Shown: piece after piece, positions 39,933 through 53,300 of the stretch | Layout of the letters: the number at the start of each line of letters is the position of its first letter | Position numbering within the stretch: the first letter of the stretch is position 1 | Source: Strigamia acuminata | Taxonomy: Eukaryota | Length of the DNA stretch: 64,000 nt | Assembly: GCA_949358305.1 (NCBI GenBank) | Contig: OX442314.1 | Coordinates: 22,816,001-22,880,000 of the forward strand | Reading direction: 5' to 3' | Position numbers and translations under genes: made by a program | Notes under the pieces: model-generated | What the model was told of the DNA's origin: nothing | What the model saw: the letters and a program-made list of their open reading frames with translations, nothing else | The model's database searches: none

Positions 39933-42900
39933 TTAATTTTTTTTTTTTTGAAAAAAAAAAAACAAAAAAAAAACATCCCATACACTGACAGACACGTCAA
40001 GACAAGCAACATGACTACTTCCAGAGTTACACACCTTCTCAGGGTAAAACTTACATTTGTGTTGGACAATGGTTTAAAAATAACTGTTGGGACAAGGAAG
40101 AGAGAAGAGTCCTATTGAGTGAAGATGATGCAGAAAGTCAGATATACATCTCAGGAATTTGTGAGTGGTGGAGAAAACGGTTGGGAAGAGAAACCCAAGT
40201 TGAAAGGTCAGTTGGGGATTCCATTTTACGTTATTTTTTTAATTATTATTTTTTTTTAATTTATTTATTTCGAGTTGGGATTAGAGAACGAAAAAAAAAA
40301 ATCTAATCCTGTGCAAAAAATCAAAAGATTTCTGTGGATGAAGTGCATTTAGAAAGGTAATTCTCTGCGGAAATCAGTTTTCAGGGATGGAAGATTTAAA
40401 AAGAGGAAAAATGTTAACGGTGTAAAAAGGTGAAAAAGAATTTTAGCGTTACAAAAGTGGTAAAATTGCCAGTCTATTTATTGAGGTATTATTATTATGA
40501 CATTTGTATTTAATATTTAATGTATGTAGATGAAAGTATTCTATTACATTAGACTCAGTGATTCTTCTCACAATGTACAATTTTATGGTATTATTATTTT
40601 TCTATTTTTTAAATTATTTATTTATTTTTTGAGTTTATTTTTTAATTTAATTTATTTTGTTTTTAATTTTTTTTTTGTTTTTGACGTTTTTGTCAGTGTC
40701 AATGTGTTTTTTGCTGAAAACAAAAAAAAAATCGTTTTTTGGTCATCTCTTACTGTAATATTGTTAACATAATTTGAAAATTTGTGCTACATAACATTTT
40801 TTACAGGGGATTACATAAACTGGAGTTTAGGGAATATCAAAAGCAAAAAAAAAACAAAGATTTCCATGTTGGTGCTCTCTCTCCCTTCATATCAAAATAC
40901 AAAAGAAGAAAATCAAAAGTTCACCTTTCATGTTTGTGTAGATAAAGTAATTTAAACGAACAGTTTTGCCTGTTTAAATGTATTCTCAGTTATTCCAATA
41001 CCTGATGATCCTTGTCTCGTGGTCAGATTTTATTCGGCGATTTTTCGGTGGAAATGTGCGAAAAGTGACCAAGAAATGGTTAAACTTGGGCCGCATTGTG
41101 TTGATTACAATGGTCGTGGGTAATGGCCACTCTTAATAGCGAGCCAATGTTTAGGGGACCCGTCTAAACGGACCCCCAATCATGAATACACATGAGAATG
41201 AATTAAGGATAAATTATCAACATAATTATCTGCTCAGTACAATTGGCAGCGTCTTGATTCTTATCTTGTTTACCTGTGAAAGAGAAATTAATGGAACGAA
41301 CAGAGTTGGTCAGGATCAGCTTATTTAGGGCCTTGTTTGGATATTTTAAACATATTTTAATTTTTTAACGGTTATTGGCTTTTTTTTCTTGAAGAAAAGT
41401 ATTGATTGAGTAAAACATTAGTAGTTTTTTTTGGGAAAGACGAATTCATTAATTTTTAATTCATCAATTGAAGTCATTTATTTCGAGTCAATAAATTCCA
41501 ATAAATTTCTAAGACTAAAGGGGGAGTAAATTGATTTTAGCTTCTTTTTTTTTGTGTAAATTAAAAAATGGTTTTTTGACCTTGCGATCGTCATCGGGTT
41601 TCCATGTTTCCAACTGCAGACAGCCTTTTGACCCATTACTGTCTGCACAAGCAAATAAATCATAAATAATTAGATATGCCTTATACACACACACATACCT
41701 ATCATTTATTTACATCATTTGTATATATAAATTTAGGCAAACTCATTTGTCTTGATTTTTTAAATACACTAGTCAAATTTTCAACTATTTTTCGCCATTT
41801 TTCATGACATTTTTATACGGAGAATTTAATACAAGCATTTTTTAAAGTGTAAAAGTCTAGTCAAAACGAAATAACACTTTAAAATAGAATTTTTTTTAAT
41901 TATTTATTATTACTCGTATTATTACTCTTGAAAATGAATTTACATTTTTAATCACATCATGAAAAATTCCATTTTTAATTTAGCTTTTGAGTCACACATT
42001 TTTAATATCGTCAGTTCGTCACAAAAGAATTTTTTTTTTATTTTTTCGCTTAATTTTTTTTATTTATTTGAAAATGGTGGCACTTAGTTGGGCTGACCAT
42101 GGCCAACCTGTCATTATAAGTCCTATTAATCTCACCATCGACCTGACAGCCAGAAGGCAGGGTGTGGGGGTGATGGCGGGAACCCCCTTTTTACAGCCCC
42201 AAAGTAATTCACTGCTCCTATCTCCCGTAAAAAAGCTATTGATCTGTTTGGAACACGAGAGGCCAGGAAAAATTTCGCAAGCAGTCCATTTTTATTTGCT
42301 GACGTCACGAGACAAGGATCAGGATGATGGTAGGATGAAGAAGGAGTAGTTTGTCTGAAATTGGAATCGATAAAAAAAAAAAAGGAATTATTGTGCTAGA
42401 ATGATTCAAGTGGGCAAATTGTGTTCATCTCAAGTTTTTGAAGGGTTAACGAAGCGAAGGAACATGGAAGTTAATCAAAATGGATTTTTAATTTGGAGTA
42501 AGCAAATGAATCAAAAGTAGTTAGTTTTTCGTGTACATAAAAATTGTGTGGCCATTTTTTTTTCTTGTTTTTTTGTTTTTATTTTTTTTTTACATTTAAA
42601 ATTTTTTTTTTATTTTTTTTGGAAAGAAATAATAATAATTTTTGTTTCTTCTATTGTGCCATAGTACAAAAATTGTATTTTACATTTAATTTAATATTTT
42701 TTTGTGTGTGTTTGGTCCAAAAATATTTATTTTAATACTTATTTTTCATTCATTGAATCTCTTTTAAGCTAAGATGAAAGATATACAGAAAAAAAAAAAA
42801 ACTAGTCTTAATGATCTTAATTTTTTTAATTTTGTATTTTTAATTTTTAATTAATAACTTATATTATATATTATTATACATATTATATTTATATATTTTT

Positions 42901-44007
42901 AAGGTAGATTTCTCTCCTTTTTTTTAATTTTTAATTATTTATTGACTCGATTATATACCAAGATTATTTTTACTTTTAATTTTGTAGTGCAATATACATG
43001 TTTGTTTATTTATTTAATTAATTTTTATTATTTTATAAAATTAACAACCACAGCAGACATTTTTCCATTCCCTTCAATTTTCTAAGTTGATTTTCCGCCA
43101 TTTTTTCTCTTCTCGTGGGAGTTAACTTAGAATTTCCTGCAGAAAAGCACTTAAAAAATCAAAAGTACTTTATGGAATTTATTTATAGAATAATACCTTA
43201 GTGGAACAGTAATTTAAACATTGCATGCAAGCCATTCTTTCAACTGCCTCGCGTGATTGGCTTCGCATTGATTTGATTTTTTAGTTCCCTTTATTACAAT
43301 TTAAAAACAAAAAAAAAAATTTGTCAAGAAATTTTTAAACAAAGCCGCACAGAAATGTAAAAAAGAAAAATATATACGTTAAAAATTATTGGTCAAGGAG
43401 TGAGTGGACACACAAAACTGACCCCCAATAGTGAAGCCACCCACCCCTGTTAGAGAAAAATGGGGGCAGCCAGTATTTACTGCTTTCCACCTAGAGGCTT
43501 GGTCAGCCGGCAGAGGGAGCTGCTTTCATTTTTCATGAAATTGTGATGATTGTAGGAGCAGAAACACATTTAAAATGAAAGAACAGCAACCATCTAATAA
43601 ATCAAAATAAAAATTAATTTACTGTTCCTGCTCTGTTTGGACTCGTTTATCATTTGTTATTAAGAAATTGAAGCTGATGGCCTTTTTTTTATTTAATATT
43701 TTTTTTTAAAAAATATAAAAATTATTTTATAATTTCTAAAACTTCTATTTTATTTTCTAAATGTTAAAAAAAAATTATTGGAGCGCAATTTTGTTCTAAA
43801 AGCGATTTTTAAAGCGATTTTCCTGATTTTTTCAGTCAAAAATTGAAAATTGAAATTTTTTATTTTCCATTTAATGCGATTTGAGTTTGTGTTAATGACT
43901 CAGCAGCGCGCATTATAAATTGACAGACATTAATTGGAATATTGTAAACCAACAATCGCTACATTTTACGATTGTTCAGGTGATAACAATAGCTTTGTTG
44001 GGAAGTG

Positions 44008-44156
44008 GTTACCGTGGCAACCCTGGAAGCAGGAGGGGTGGGGGAATAGTGCGAGTGCAACTAGCAGCTGTTTTTAGTTTAGCTTTCTAAATTAATTTTC
44101 GTTTTAAGTTAGGGTCGTTTGCCCCGGGTTTTATTACTTGTGGTTGCCTTGACAAC
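44008..44156. promoter_or_regulatory. Pair of RFX X-boxes
   Basis: GTTACCGTGGCAAC (44008-44021) and GTTGCCTTGACAAC (44143-44156). Confidence 0.55.
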
Positions 44157-47100
44157 GTGAAAAAAAAACATTACTAGTTGTTTTGTTTCAAACTATTCTT
44201 CGTCTGCTGTGGTTTTAATTAGAGCTTTAAATTTTTATTTTTATTTGACTTTATTTTTTATTTTTCTTTATGTACATATAATTGTCGGTACATATGTATT
44301 TTTTTATGTGTGTGTATGCTTTTCCAAATCGACATTTCATTCCAATCTAGTCTTATTTTTTATGTTCCATTATGTGCAAACAAAAAAAAAAGTGTTTCAA
44401 AAAATGTTTTTGCAGTTAACTGTTAATATAAAAATTGCCTTCAGTCAAAATCAAAATCCTAAAACTACTACTCGAAGAGAAAACGATAAACAAACGGGTA
44501 CCTTAATGTAATGGTTGTTTTTAATTGATTTTTTTTTAATTTTTAATTAATCGATTTACGAAATAATAATAATAATGTATTATTTTAAAATTTTTATTTT
44601 TTAAATTTTTTTTTTAATTTAAAAAAAAAGATATAAAATCAAACCAGTTCCATGATTTGAGTGTAGTAAGTTGATTCAATTTTATTTTTAAATATGTATA
44701 GTTAGTGATTTTTACTCAAATGCACATGAAACAATGTTCCTTCATACTGTTTGTTGGCAAATTGTGTTGTGTGCAGACTGTGGTACATCAATTTTTAGAT
44801 TTTTCTTCACTATTTATTGAATTATTGTTGTTTTCCCTCCAAAAAAAAACTGTTGAAGAAATGAGTTCCTTCTACATTGTTAAAATGTGCATTTAAACTG
44901 TAGGAAGAACTGGAAATGACGCAATTTAAGGCCTACATCTTTTATAATTTGAATTTTCCTAGCCATTTGTAGTGTTCAACAATGCAGTAACACGTAATCA
45001 ATTTTTGTTTGAGAATCTAGTCAATAATTGAGCTGAAACAATGTTAAAATATGTATAAAGACGTTACAAGTTTAATTGCGATTTCTCTTTGTTTTCTTGA
45101 ATTTTTTTTGTGCATACAGTCTGCATATAAACAATGCAATGTCAGCTGGGTTTTTTGTTGCCTTTTTTTGGGTCACAATTTTTGTTGTGGCAAGTTATGT
45201 GACGTTTGAAGGTTGATGAGGCTTACTACTACCTCAGATCAAAATGGGATGCAGCTAATTGACTACCAGAATTGTTCCTCATTCAGAAATAATAATATTG
45301 TAGAAAAAAAAGGGGAAGTTTAACTCTGAGGTATTTCCAAATGTGCCCATTTTTACACTGGTTCAGGTGGTAAAGGGGTGATTTAAAGAAATAATTAAGA
45401 TAATAAATTTAAGAAAAGAAAACCTCTGGTACACCTGTACATCATCCATATGAAAATCAAAAGAAATATGATAATAAAAAGGGATCTGAGCCTTAAAATT
45501 CTAGTCTACCTCATTATTTGGTAGAAAATGGTATAAAGTGCAAAAAAAATAAAGTAAATAGGGTGATAAAATGAATTCCACTTTTCTTTCCTTTTTTCTA
45601 TTTCTCTAAACTGACCAAAAATAGAAACATGTGCCTAAAACTTGGCAGAAAAATCAAAAATTTTCAGTTCACTTCTGGTATATTGAAGTGAAACTGTCTT
45701 GTATATAGCATTATATAATAGAGTGAAATGTTTATCCTGAAAAATATCCTGTGTTTGTATTTCTAGTGTATTTTTTTATCAATCTCATTTTTTATAGTTG
45801 ACATAAAGTTAAGAGTTTTATCCATGACTTGCACTAAGTGAGAATCAAAACAAAGACATATATTGTGTCGAAAAGAGTTGTTTTTCCATCAACAGAGTTC
45901 ACTATTTATGCATCTTAAGGCTATGGGCGGCCATTTTTTTTAACATACAAAAATATTATATATATATATATAAATATACTACAGTTTGGTACAGTTGGAG
46001 GAAGGAGAAAAGTGGAATTAATTTTGTTTTCACCGCTAAAAAGGAGAGGGAAATGAAAATCAAAAAAAGGATCCCATATTTTGACAAATTATTTGCTGGT
46101 TTCCTTTATCGTTGTACTCCTGTATCGTTTTATGTGACCGCCAATATTTACAAAATGAATAATGATACTAATAATTGATTATAAATGCGTAAGAAATGAG
46201 AATGAGACGAAAATGATGATGATTTTAAACCAAAAAAAAAAATTTATAAAGGAACTTTTCAATGAAAATTTTCAATGTGAGTTTTCCAAAGTGTTTTGTT
46301 GTAGTCTTTGCTAGTGTTCCAAACAGAAATAAATATTGTCTTAGTAACAAAAAATTACAAAGGCCTGTTCCGTGTCTATTTTTTTATTTATTTATTTATT
46401 TTACTACCGCTTGACAGGTAATCGATTTTGATAAGAGCTTTTTAAAAAATAACTTGTAAACTTAATTTTTCATTAAGGTTTTTATTACCTTTTTCCGTGA
46501 AAACAATCAACTTATAAAGTTGGAAAAAAAATAATTTATTTATAACGCTGGGAAGGGAGAAAAAAATGAGAAAACCGTTAGTGAATTTTTGCGATGTGGG
46601 AAAGTAATGAGTTTTTTCAAAGTTTTAAACATAATTGGAAGGGAAAAAAATGTGCAAGAAAAAAAATTATTTTTTTTTTTGAAAATAATAAAAATTCTTA
46701 TAGAGTCACAGAAGAAAATATACTTTTTCTTTTTTAATTAAAATAAGTTCTTCATAAAAATTTTTTTTTTTTTTTTTTTTATATTAACTTTGTAGAAATT
46801 AGACATTTTAAATGCGGTTGTGATAAAAAAATTTAATTGATTTGTTACACAAAAAAATGTGGAATAAAATGACATTCCACTACATCATTTTACGTAACAA
46901 AATTTCGATGTCAGAATTGAATTTCAACCTGAATTGCAAAAATTCAGCACAAACTTCCCATCGATCTATTTGAAATCCAAGATGGGGGACTAAAATCAAG
47001 CGGAAAATCCACACGGAAAAAAATATAAGAAAAAATAACGACCTTTCACATGAAAATCGGATTAACGAAAATTCGATTTGTACTTTATGATGTAAAAAAC

Positions 47101-49774
47101 GTCACTTCCTCTCCCCCATACCCAGAAAATGAGAATAATTACTTTAATTCCTTTAATTTCGAATGCACTTAAGGTTTTTATACCACACAAATTTTGGTAG
47201 TAAACAAAAATAAATATAATAATAAAAAAAAAAAAAACCTAACATTGGAGCAATCGAATTGTGCTCATTAAACTTTAATCACTTTTTTATTACCATTTTT
47301 CAAATATTCCGAAGTCCGAGCTGTTCAGTAATCGAAAAATCGATGCGTGTGTGTCATAGATCTAGAAAATTCCACCTTTATTAAATTAAAAATAGTTTTA
47401 AAAATCATTAAAACGCAATTAAAACGTCCATTGTACGTGTAAACGCAGAAAAAAGTGAATGAAATCCACCGTACACTTCCATTAATTGATTGCAGTGCGG
47501 ACAAACAAAACAACACATGCAACTAGTTAAAATGTCCCAAACCTCCGCAATTCGGTATCGAGGGTATTATAGTGATTACTGATTTCTGGTGAATTGAAAC
47601 TCAAGTTCAGTTTATATTTTCCAAAGTGAATTGAACCGACTTTGACAGTCGTCGATAGAAAAAGCAATTTGTCGTGTTCCGTGCTGGGGATATCCAGCAC
47701 CGTGGAAAAAATGTTATTTAGTTTTCCATTAGCTCAGCCTGCAAAAAGGAACAAATTGAAATAACATCAGTCAAGAGGGACGCGTCTAATTGGATTCCTT
47801 GCCGCGTGGCGTCGCTCTAAGCTTCATCCTTTTGCAATGTTTACAAGTTTACACACCCCAAGATCAAACTTAAACGTGGATTTTATTTTTCTTCATCTTT
47901 TCCCCCCCTCTGTTTTTTTTTTATTTCACCCCCCCTAGGGGTGATGTATGGATTTTACTTGGTGGCTAAAAGGTCGCCAGAGGTTACTTCTTCTTTTAGT
48001 CCCTCAAACTGGTTGTGCGTGTGCGCGCCACGTTCCTCGTTCCATGCTTGAGATGAAGAGGGAGATTACAACTTCCATTTCCGCCCTCCAATCAACAAAT
48101 GATCAGTACACTTTTCTTTTTGTATTTCTTTTTTTTTTTTTTCTTAAAATTTAATAATTTTTTTTCTTCCTCCTTAATTTTAAATGTGGAAGCCAAAATT
48201 AAATTTTTTTAAATGCGTTTTTCAAAAATTGTCGAATTAAAGAGATAAATGCAGAAATTTAGAGTTTTTATGGTGAGGTCACACGCCATTCAAAGTAGAG
48301 AGGGGGAAAAAAGTAATTACAATAAAAACACAAAACATTTGTCAAGCTGGCAACTCAATTAATCATGTTTTTAATTTATTATTTTCAAAAAACACACACA
48401 CACAAAAAAAAAATACTAAATTTAATATTCTTGTCATTAAGTGAAACCGACCACACGTTAACAACTGCATTAGAAACATTAGCATTTGAAAAATCTTGAC
48501 TTTTCGCCGCAGAAAAGTTGGCTTTTCTGTATTACCATGATTACCAAATTGAAAATTTTCTACGTTTTTTCCATCCGGCCCAGCGCACACAGTAATGAAT
48601 TATTAAACCAATTTATTTTCCAGTAAAAAACCGTCCTTCAGTTCGGTTGCGGTCTGTCATCTTTATATTCTGACTTATTTCCTCAGTCTTGCAAGGAGAG
48701 AAAACGCGTGGCTGCTTTTTCTACTGGTGGTCAGCGAGCGAAACACAAATAGAGAAAACGCTGGATAGATGGGGGGTATTGTAGGATTGGAAAGTGGAGA
48801 TGGAGTTATCGATATACTCAAGATGTGGCCTAGAGGCTAGTGATTCTAAGAAAAATAATCTTGTGCATTGGACGTAATTGCCAAGCAGAGAAATGGATTT
48901 CTTATCACTCGCTATTGAAAATGCATTTAACATAATTAATCCATCATTGAATCACTCTTTTACTGCTTAAACGCTTATTTTCTGCTCGGACGAATTCATT
49001 TCTATTAGCGATTTCTTTTTTCGCAATGAAATAAGCAAAATAAATAATTGGAACTTGGGAAAGAAAGATATGAGGAAATAAACAGAGTCTGATGTCTTCG
49101 GGATCGAATTGCACTCCGAGAAAAATACTTGTTTGTATTTTTTTTATTAAGACTAATGGCTGCTGTTATTGCTGCGGAGTTTGAATTTTTTTGTCTGATC
49201 AGTTCGATTATTGATTGTATGAAACATTGGTTAAACAAGGTGCATGCTGGGAGATACCGCTTCGAGGCTGTTTTGACTTATTTCTTCGCGTGTGGCGAGC
49301 TGATGCCATTTATTTCTCCAGACTCTTTCACCGCTTTCACTGCCCCGTCTTCCTTTTTTTCCCTCTCTTTTCGATCAATTTCTGATCACCTTCCTGAAAA
49401 TTGTGTTTGTATATATGGATTTTTTTGTCTGGTGTTTTTTTTTTTATTATTATTTTTCTATTTTTTTTTATTTTTTTTTTTATTGTCATGGCGATCGCAG
49501 TGACAAGTCTATTAAAATCAAGAAACAAGTGTAAACAATTCCATTATGCGTTTAAAAATAAATTAAATTCTACATAAAATAAAAAGACAATTATAGGTTC
49601 AAAATAAAATTCCTAAATTCTAAAAAAGAACGATAATTATGGTGTACGTATAGACATTAAATTGTGAAACAAAAACGTGTAATTTTTGTTCAAAAATTTA
49701 TTTCTGCATTATTTATTCCTTTATCAATATTTAAAACGAATTTTCTGCAAGTAAAAAACGACAAAGAATAGATA

Positions 49775-50082
49775 CAGTTCGCGCCCGGTAACTTGATGTT
49801 GATGCTAAGACGATTTTCTAATTCCAGTTGTTATTTAGCAGTATTAGGGCCTAATATTAGGCCTAATAATGCTAAAATTAAGTAAATTAACAACAATAGC
49901 CTCATTACTAAAAGTAATTTACAGCGTAGTACCAATATATTTTTGTTTATTTACCTTATTTTAACATTATTAGGCCTAATATTAGGCTTAATACTGCTAA
50001 ATAACAACTGGAATTAGAAAATCGTCTGCGCAGAATGGGTTGCGCAGTACGAATTTAGTATCAAGATACCGGGCGCGAACTG
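49775..50082. mobile_element. Tc1/mariner (pogo/Tigger-like) palindromic MITE
   Basis: Perfect 16-bp TIR CAGTTCGCGCCCGGTA / TACCGGGCGCGAACTG, with TA on both flanks (49773-74 and 50083-84). Near-perfect internal inverted arms of about 70 bp (49808-49878 vs 49958-50027). Confidence 0.9.
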
Positions 50083-50369
50083 TAGATCAGTTGGCTTAAT
50101 GACCATCAGAGTGCAGAGTCATCTGCAACGTACGTACGTTAATACAGCAGAACAAACCACTACCTGACAATTTGAGGTTTTGGTAACAAAAGGAGACCAC
50201 CTGAAAACACCAAACGTCTTCGTCCTCTCCCTACCTCCTGACATACACACACACATGCCACGAGATCGATGAGGTGGCTGCACCCCGCGCGTGTGTCACC
50301 ATGGTTTCCTTCTTGGCGACATATCTTGTAAACACAAGCATAGAGGCTATGATAAAAGTTCAGCATCCG

Positions 50370-50382
50370 GTTGCTAAGCAAC
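50370..50382. promoter_or_regulatory. RFX X-box (13-bp form)
   Basis: Near-palindrome GTTGCTAAGCAAC in a CpG-rich patch. Confidence 0.5.
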
Positions 50383-53300
50383 CATTTGACAGGCCTCGAG
50401 GCGAAATTTAAGTCGTAGGTCGCGTGAGCAATAAAAGGAGAAAAAAAAGAAGAAGAAATGGGTGCTGCCATGCTGGCTTTAAAGAAGGCAGAATTTCTTG
50501 TTATCGATGACGATGAATTATTGACGATTTTATTCCTCTAGTTCTAAAATTTATTTTTGTTTATTATTTTTTTTAGTAACTTATTTATTTAGTTTTGTAT
50601 TTTTTTTTTTTTGCAATAATCAAAATGGCTGGCACGAGTCCAGAGAATATTTTTTTGATGAGATGGAATGAATTATTTTATCTATAATTTTTTTGCAGAA
50701 ATGGTATTTATTTTATTTTTTTAAAAAAAATACTTTTATATTTCTGGATGTATTTTTATTTGGGAATAAAGTAATGCGTTTTAAATGAAGTTATTGCAGA
50801 TAAAAGAATCATTTCTAGGGCGGCAGAAGTCGGAAGCGCATTGGTGAGCAAGAACAATTAAAATTCGGGGTAAGTCAAGTTCTTTTTGATAACAAAATGA
50901 TATTTTTCGAAGTGTGGAAGTCGAATTTTTACTTGCAAACTGCAATTTTGATCAAATATTATAATAAGCAGTTAAAGTTTCAAATCAAACAGATAATTTC
51001 CATTCATTTTCTGCACTCTACGTATATAATTCAGCTGCAAACAAACGGTTTGAAGCAAACACCAAATGAACATGTGCACAACACATAAACACTGTAGTTA
51101 CGGCCTTTGTTGTAGTAACTAAAATTTAAAACAAAAATAAAATTTCAAATTATCCTCCTTTGTACATTAATTTATAATTTGTTGTGTGTGCAGTTTACGA
51201 TGAAAAATTAAGCGTTTATTTCTATTCGGGCCTTTTGCAATAAAAAAGAAAATATCGATTTGTTTTACACGACTAAATTTTGTCCAAATGTCAATTTGGC
51301 ACTATTTTTACGTCTCACGTGTGACAGTTTGAAGGTGAGTCCTCTCCTCTATGACACTTGGCCTCGTTATTAATTAAGAACGCTGCTTCGCGTTTTGACA
51401 TTGGCAGCTGCTGCGTCTCACCTCCAGGTCTCCTCCGCCAAACACGACTTAATCCCTTCAATTAAAGGGTCGCTAAGCGTCGCACCTTAAGGATCCATGC
51501 ATTTCTCACAGTCGTGCCGCTTCTACATCCTTGCTTTAACTCTCCCTTTCCTTCCCCATTCTTCTTTAGCTACAGTCGTTTCTTCCAGCTGTTTGTTTAC
51601 GACCTCTCCTATTTCTCTATTCTCTTTCTTCACTAGTGTGGGATTAAAATGATAAATGAAAACTAAATTATTATTTTTAATTTTGCGAGTTTTTAATTTT
51701 TTTTTAAATTTTTTAGTTTTAAAATAATTTGGATTAATTTTATAGCATTTATGGTGAATTAATGAGATTATTCTTTTATTTTAAAGATATTTTTTTGCTA
51801 TGTTCAGTTTTATAAATTCTAATGTTAATAATCTTTAGAATTGTTCGTGTTTTCCTCTCCCTTTCCATCCGCTTTCTCGAGGGTGCGTGAAACGAGAGAT
51901 TTATCTGTTGAGTTTGAGACTGTATACGCACTCCGGAATAGGGAACGTTTCCAAGATTTGTCGGTTTTTCAATAGTCGGAATGACAAAAATGTTGATCAT
52001 ATTGAAATTCTTTAGTGTACCGTATATTTTTAGAATTTATTGTCTCCGTCTTTTCTTTTCTTTGCGAAACAAACAAAAAGAAAATTGAAATCATACAGAA
52101 TTTCATTACAAACAACATTTTTCTTGGAAACGATCTTTATCCTGGAGATTGTATAGTATGGAGTATTATTTTTTTTTTTTAAAGTTTGCACGAATTTAAA
52201 CATCACACGATTTAATGTCAAGTAATGTTTTATTTGCAGGGTTACATGGTTCAAGATTACAGAAAATCGCACATGTTTATCTCACCTTTTGTTACAGGTG
52301 TGAGCAAAGCAGCAGCACTTCCACTTCGTTGTATTGATTTTGGTATTGGATGACTGATAGGTTAGGATTTTGAACTGCTATCTGAAGCATGAAGCCAAGA
52401 GAAAAATGGAGCCTTATCTGAGGCAGAAAATAGGCTTAAGAAAAAAAATGTAACAAATTCTCATCATATTAATCTCTGGATAAATTGGATGGTATTCTAA
52501 TTTGTCAGAGTAAAACGCTTGGTTTCTGATGGCGCTTTAAGCTGAAAGCACAAAAACTTTTCTGTTTTTTAATCACTCTGTTGAATATCTCCTGAATTAA
52601 GCTACTGTTAATTGCAAGGGCTCTTAATTGTAACATGGGCGTGGTCTACAATGTTTTAAGTACCATTTGTTCAATTGTCCAGGTGTTTAATTATAAAAAA
52701 AATAGGTCTCTCATAGGGGTTTTAGGCCAGCAATTATTTATATTACTTAAAAATTTTCCATGCAAGTCTAGACCATGTTATGTTTTATTTTGGTCAAACT
52801 TTAACATCTTTACCATTCCACGACTGTGCCGTCCACTTTCTAATTGAACTCTGTTCCATTCCATCAAAACTAATTCTTAATTCCGTTCCATCCGACTTTC
52901 TGGGAGGAGGAGAACGCAGCACAGCAAGCAATTGGTAAATGAACAAACTTTAGTGTTGGTTAACCTTTTACAAAGTGTATGTGTCAGCACTTTTTTTTTT
53001 TATATTTTTATATTTTTTTATATTTTTTTTATACTCCTGCAATTTTATGGCACACAGTTTAGTAATTACTGTGTGCTTCCTATTGTTTTTTATTGTTTTT
53101 TTTTATTTTTTTTATTTTTGCACTTTTGTTTTCTTCCTAGGTAGGCAATAATTATACTTGAATGCACGTGAATAGAAAGAAGAAAGCAAATTCAATAAAG
53201 AAAAATCACTTCTTCTTTAGGCTTAGCCTGTTGCTACTTGTGTTAATGGAATGCTTTGTATGTGGTTATTGATTGCAACAGGTAGCATGTTGTTTTCTCT

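Noticed and set aside
52300..52309. GTGAGCAAAG, matching the 5' end of miR-87
   Set aside because: The rest of the mature sequence and the star arm are absent.
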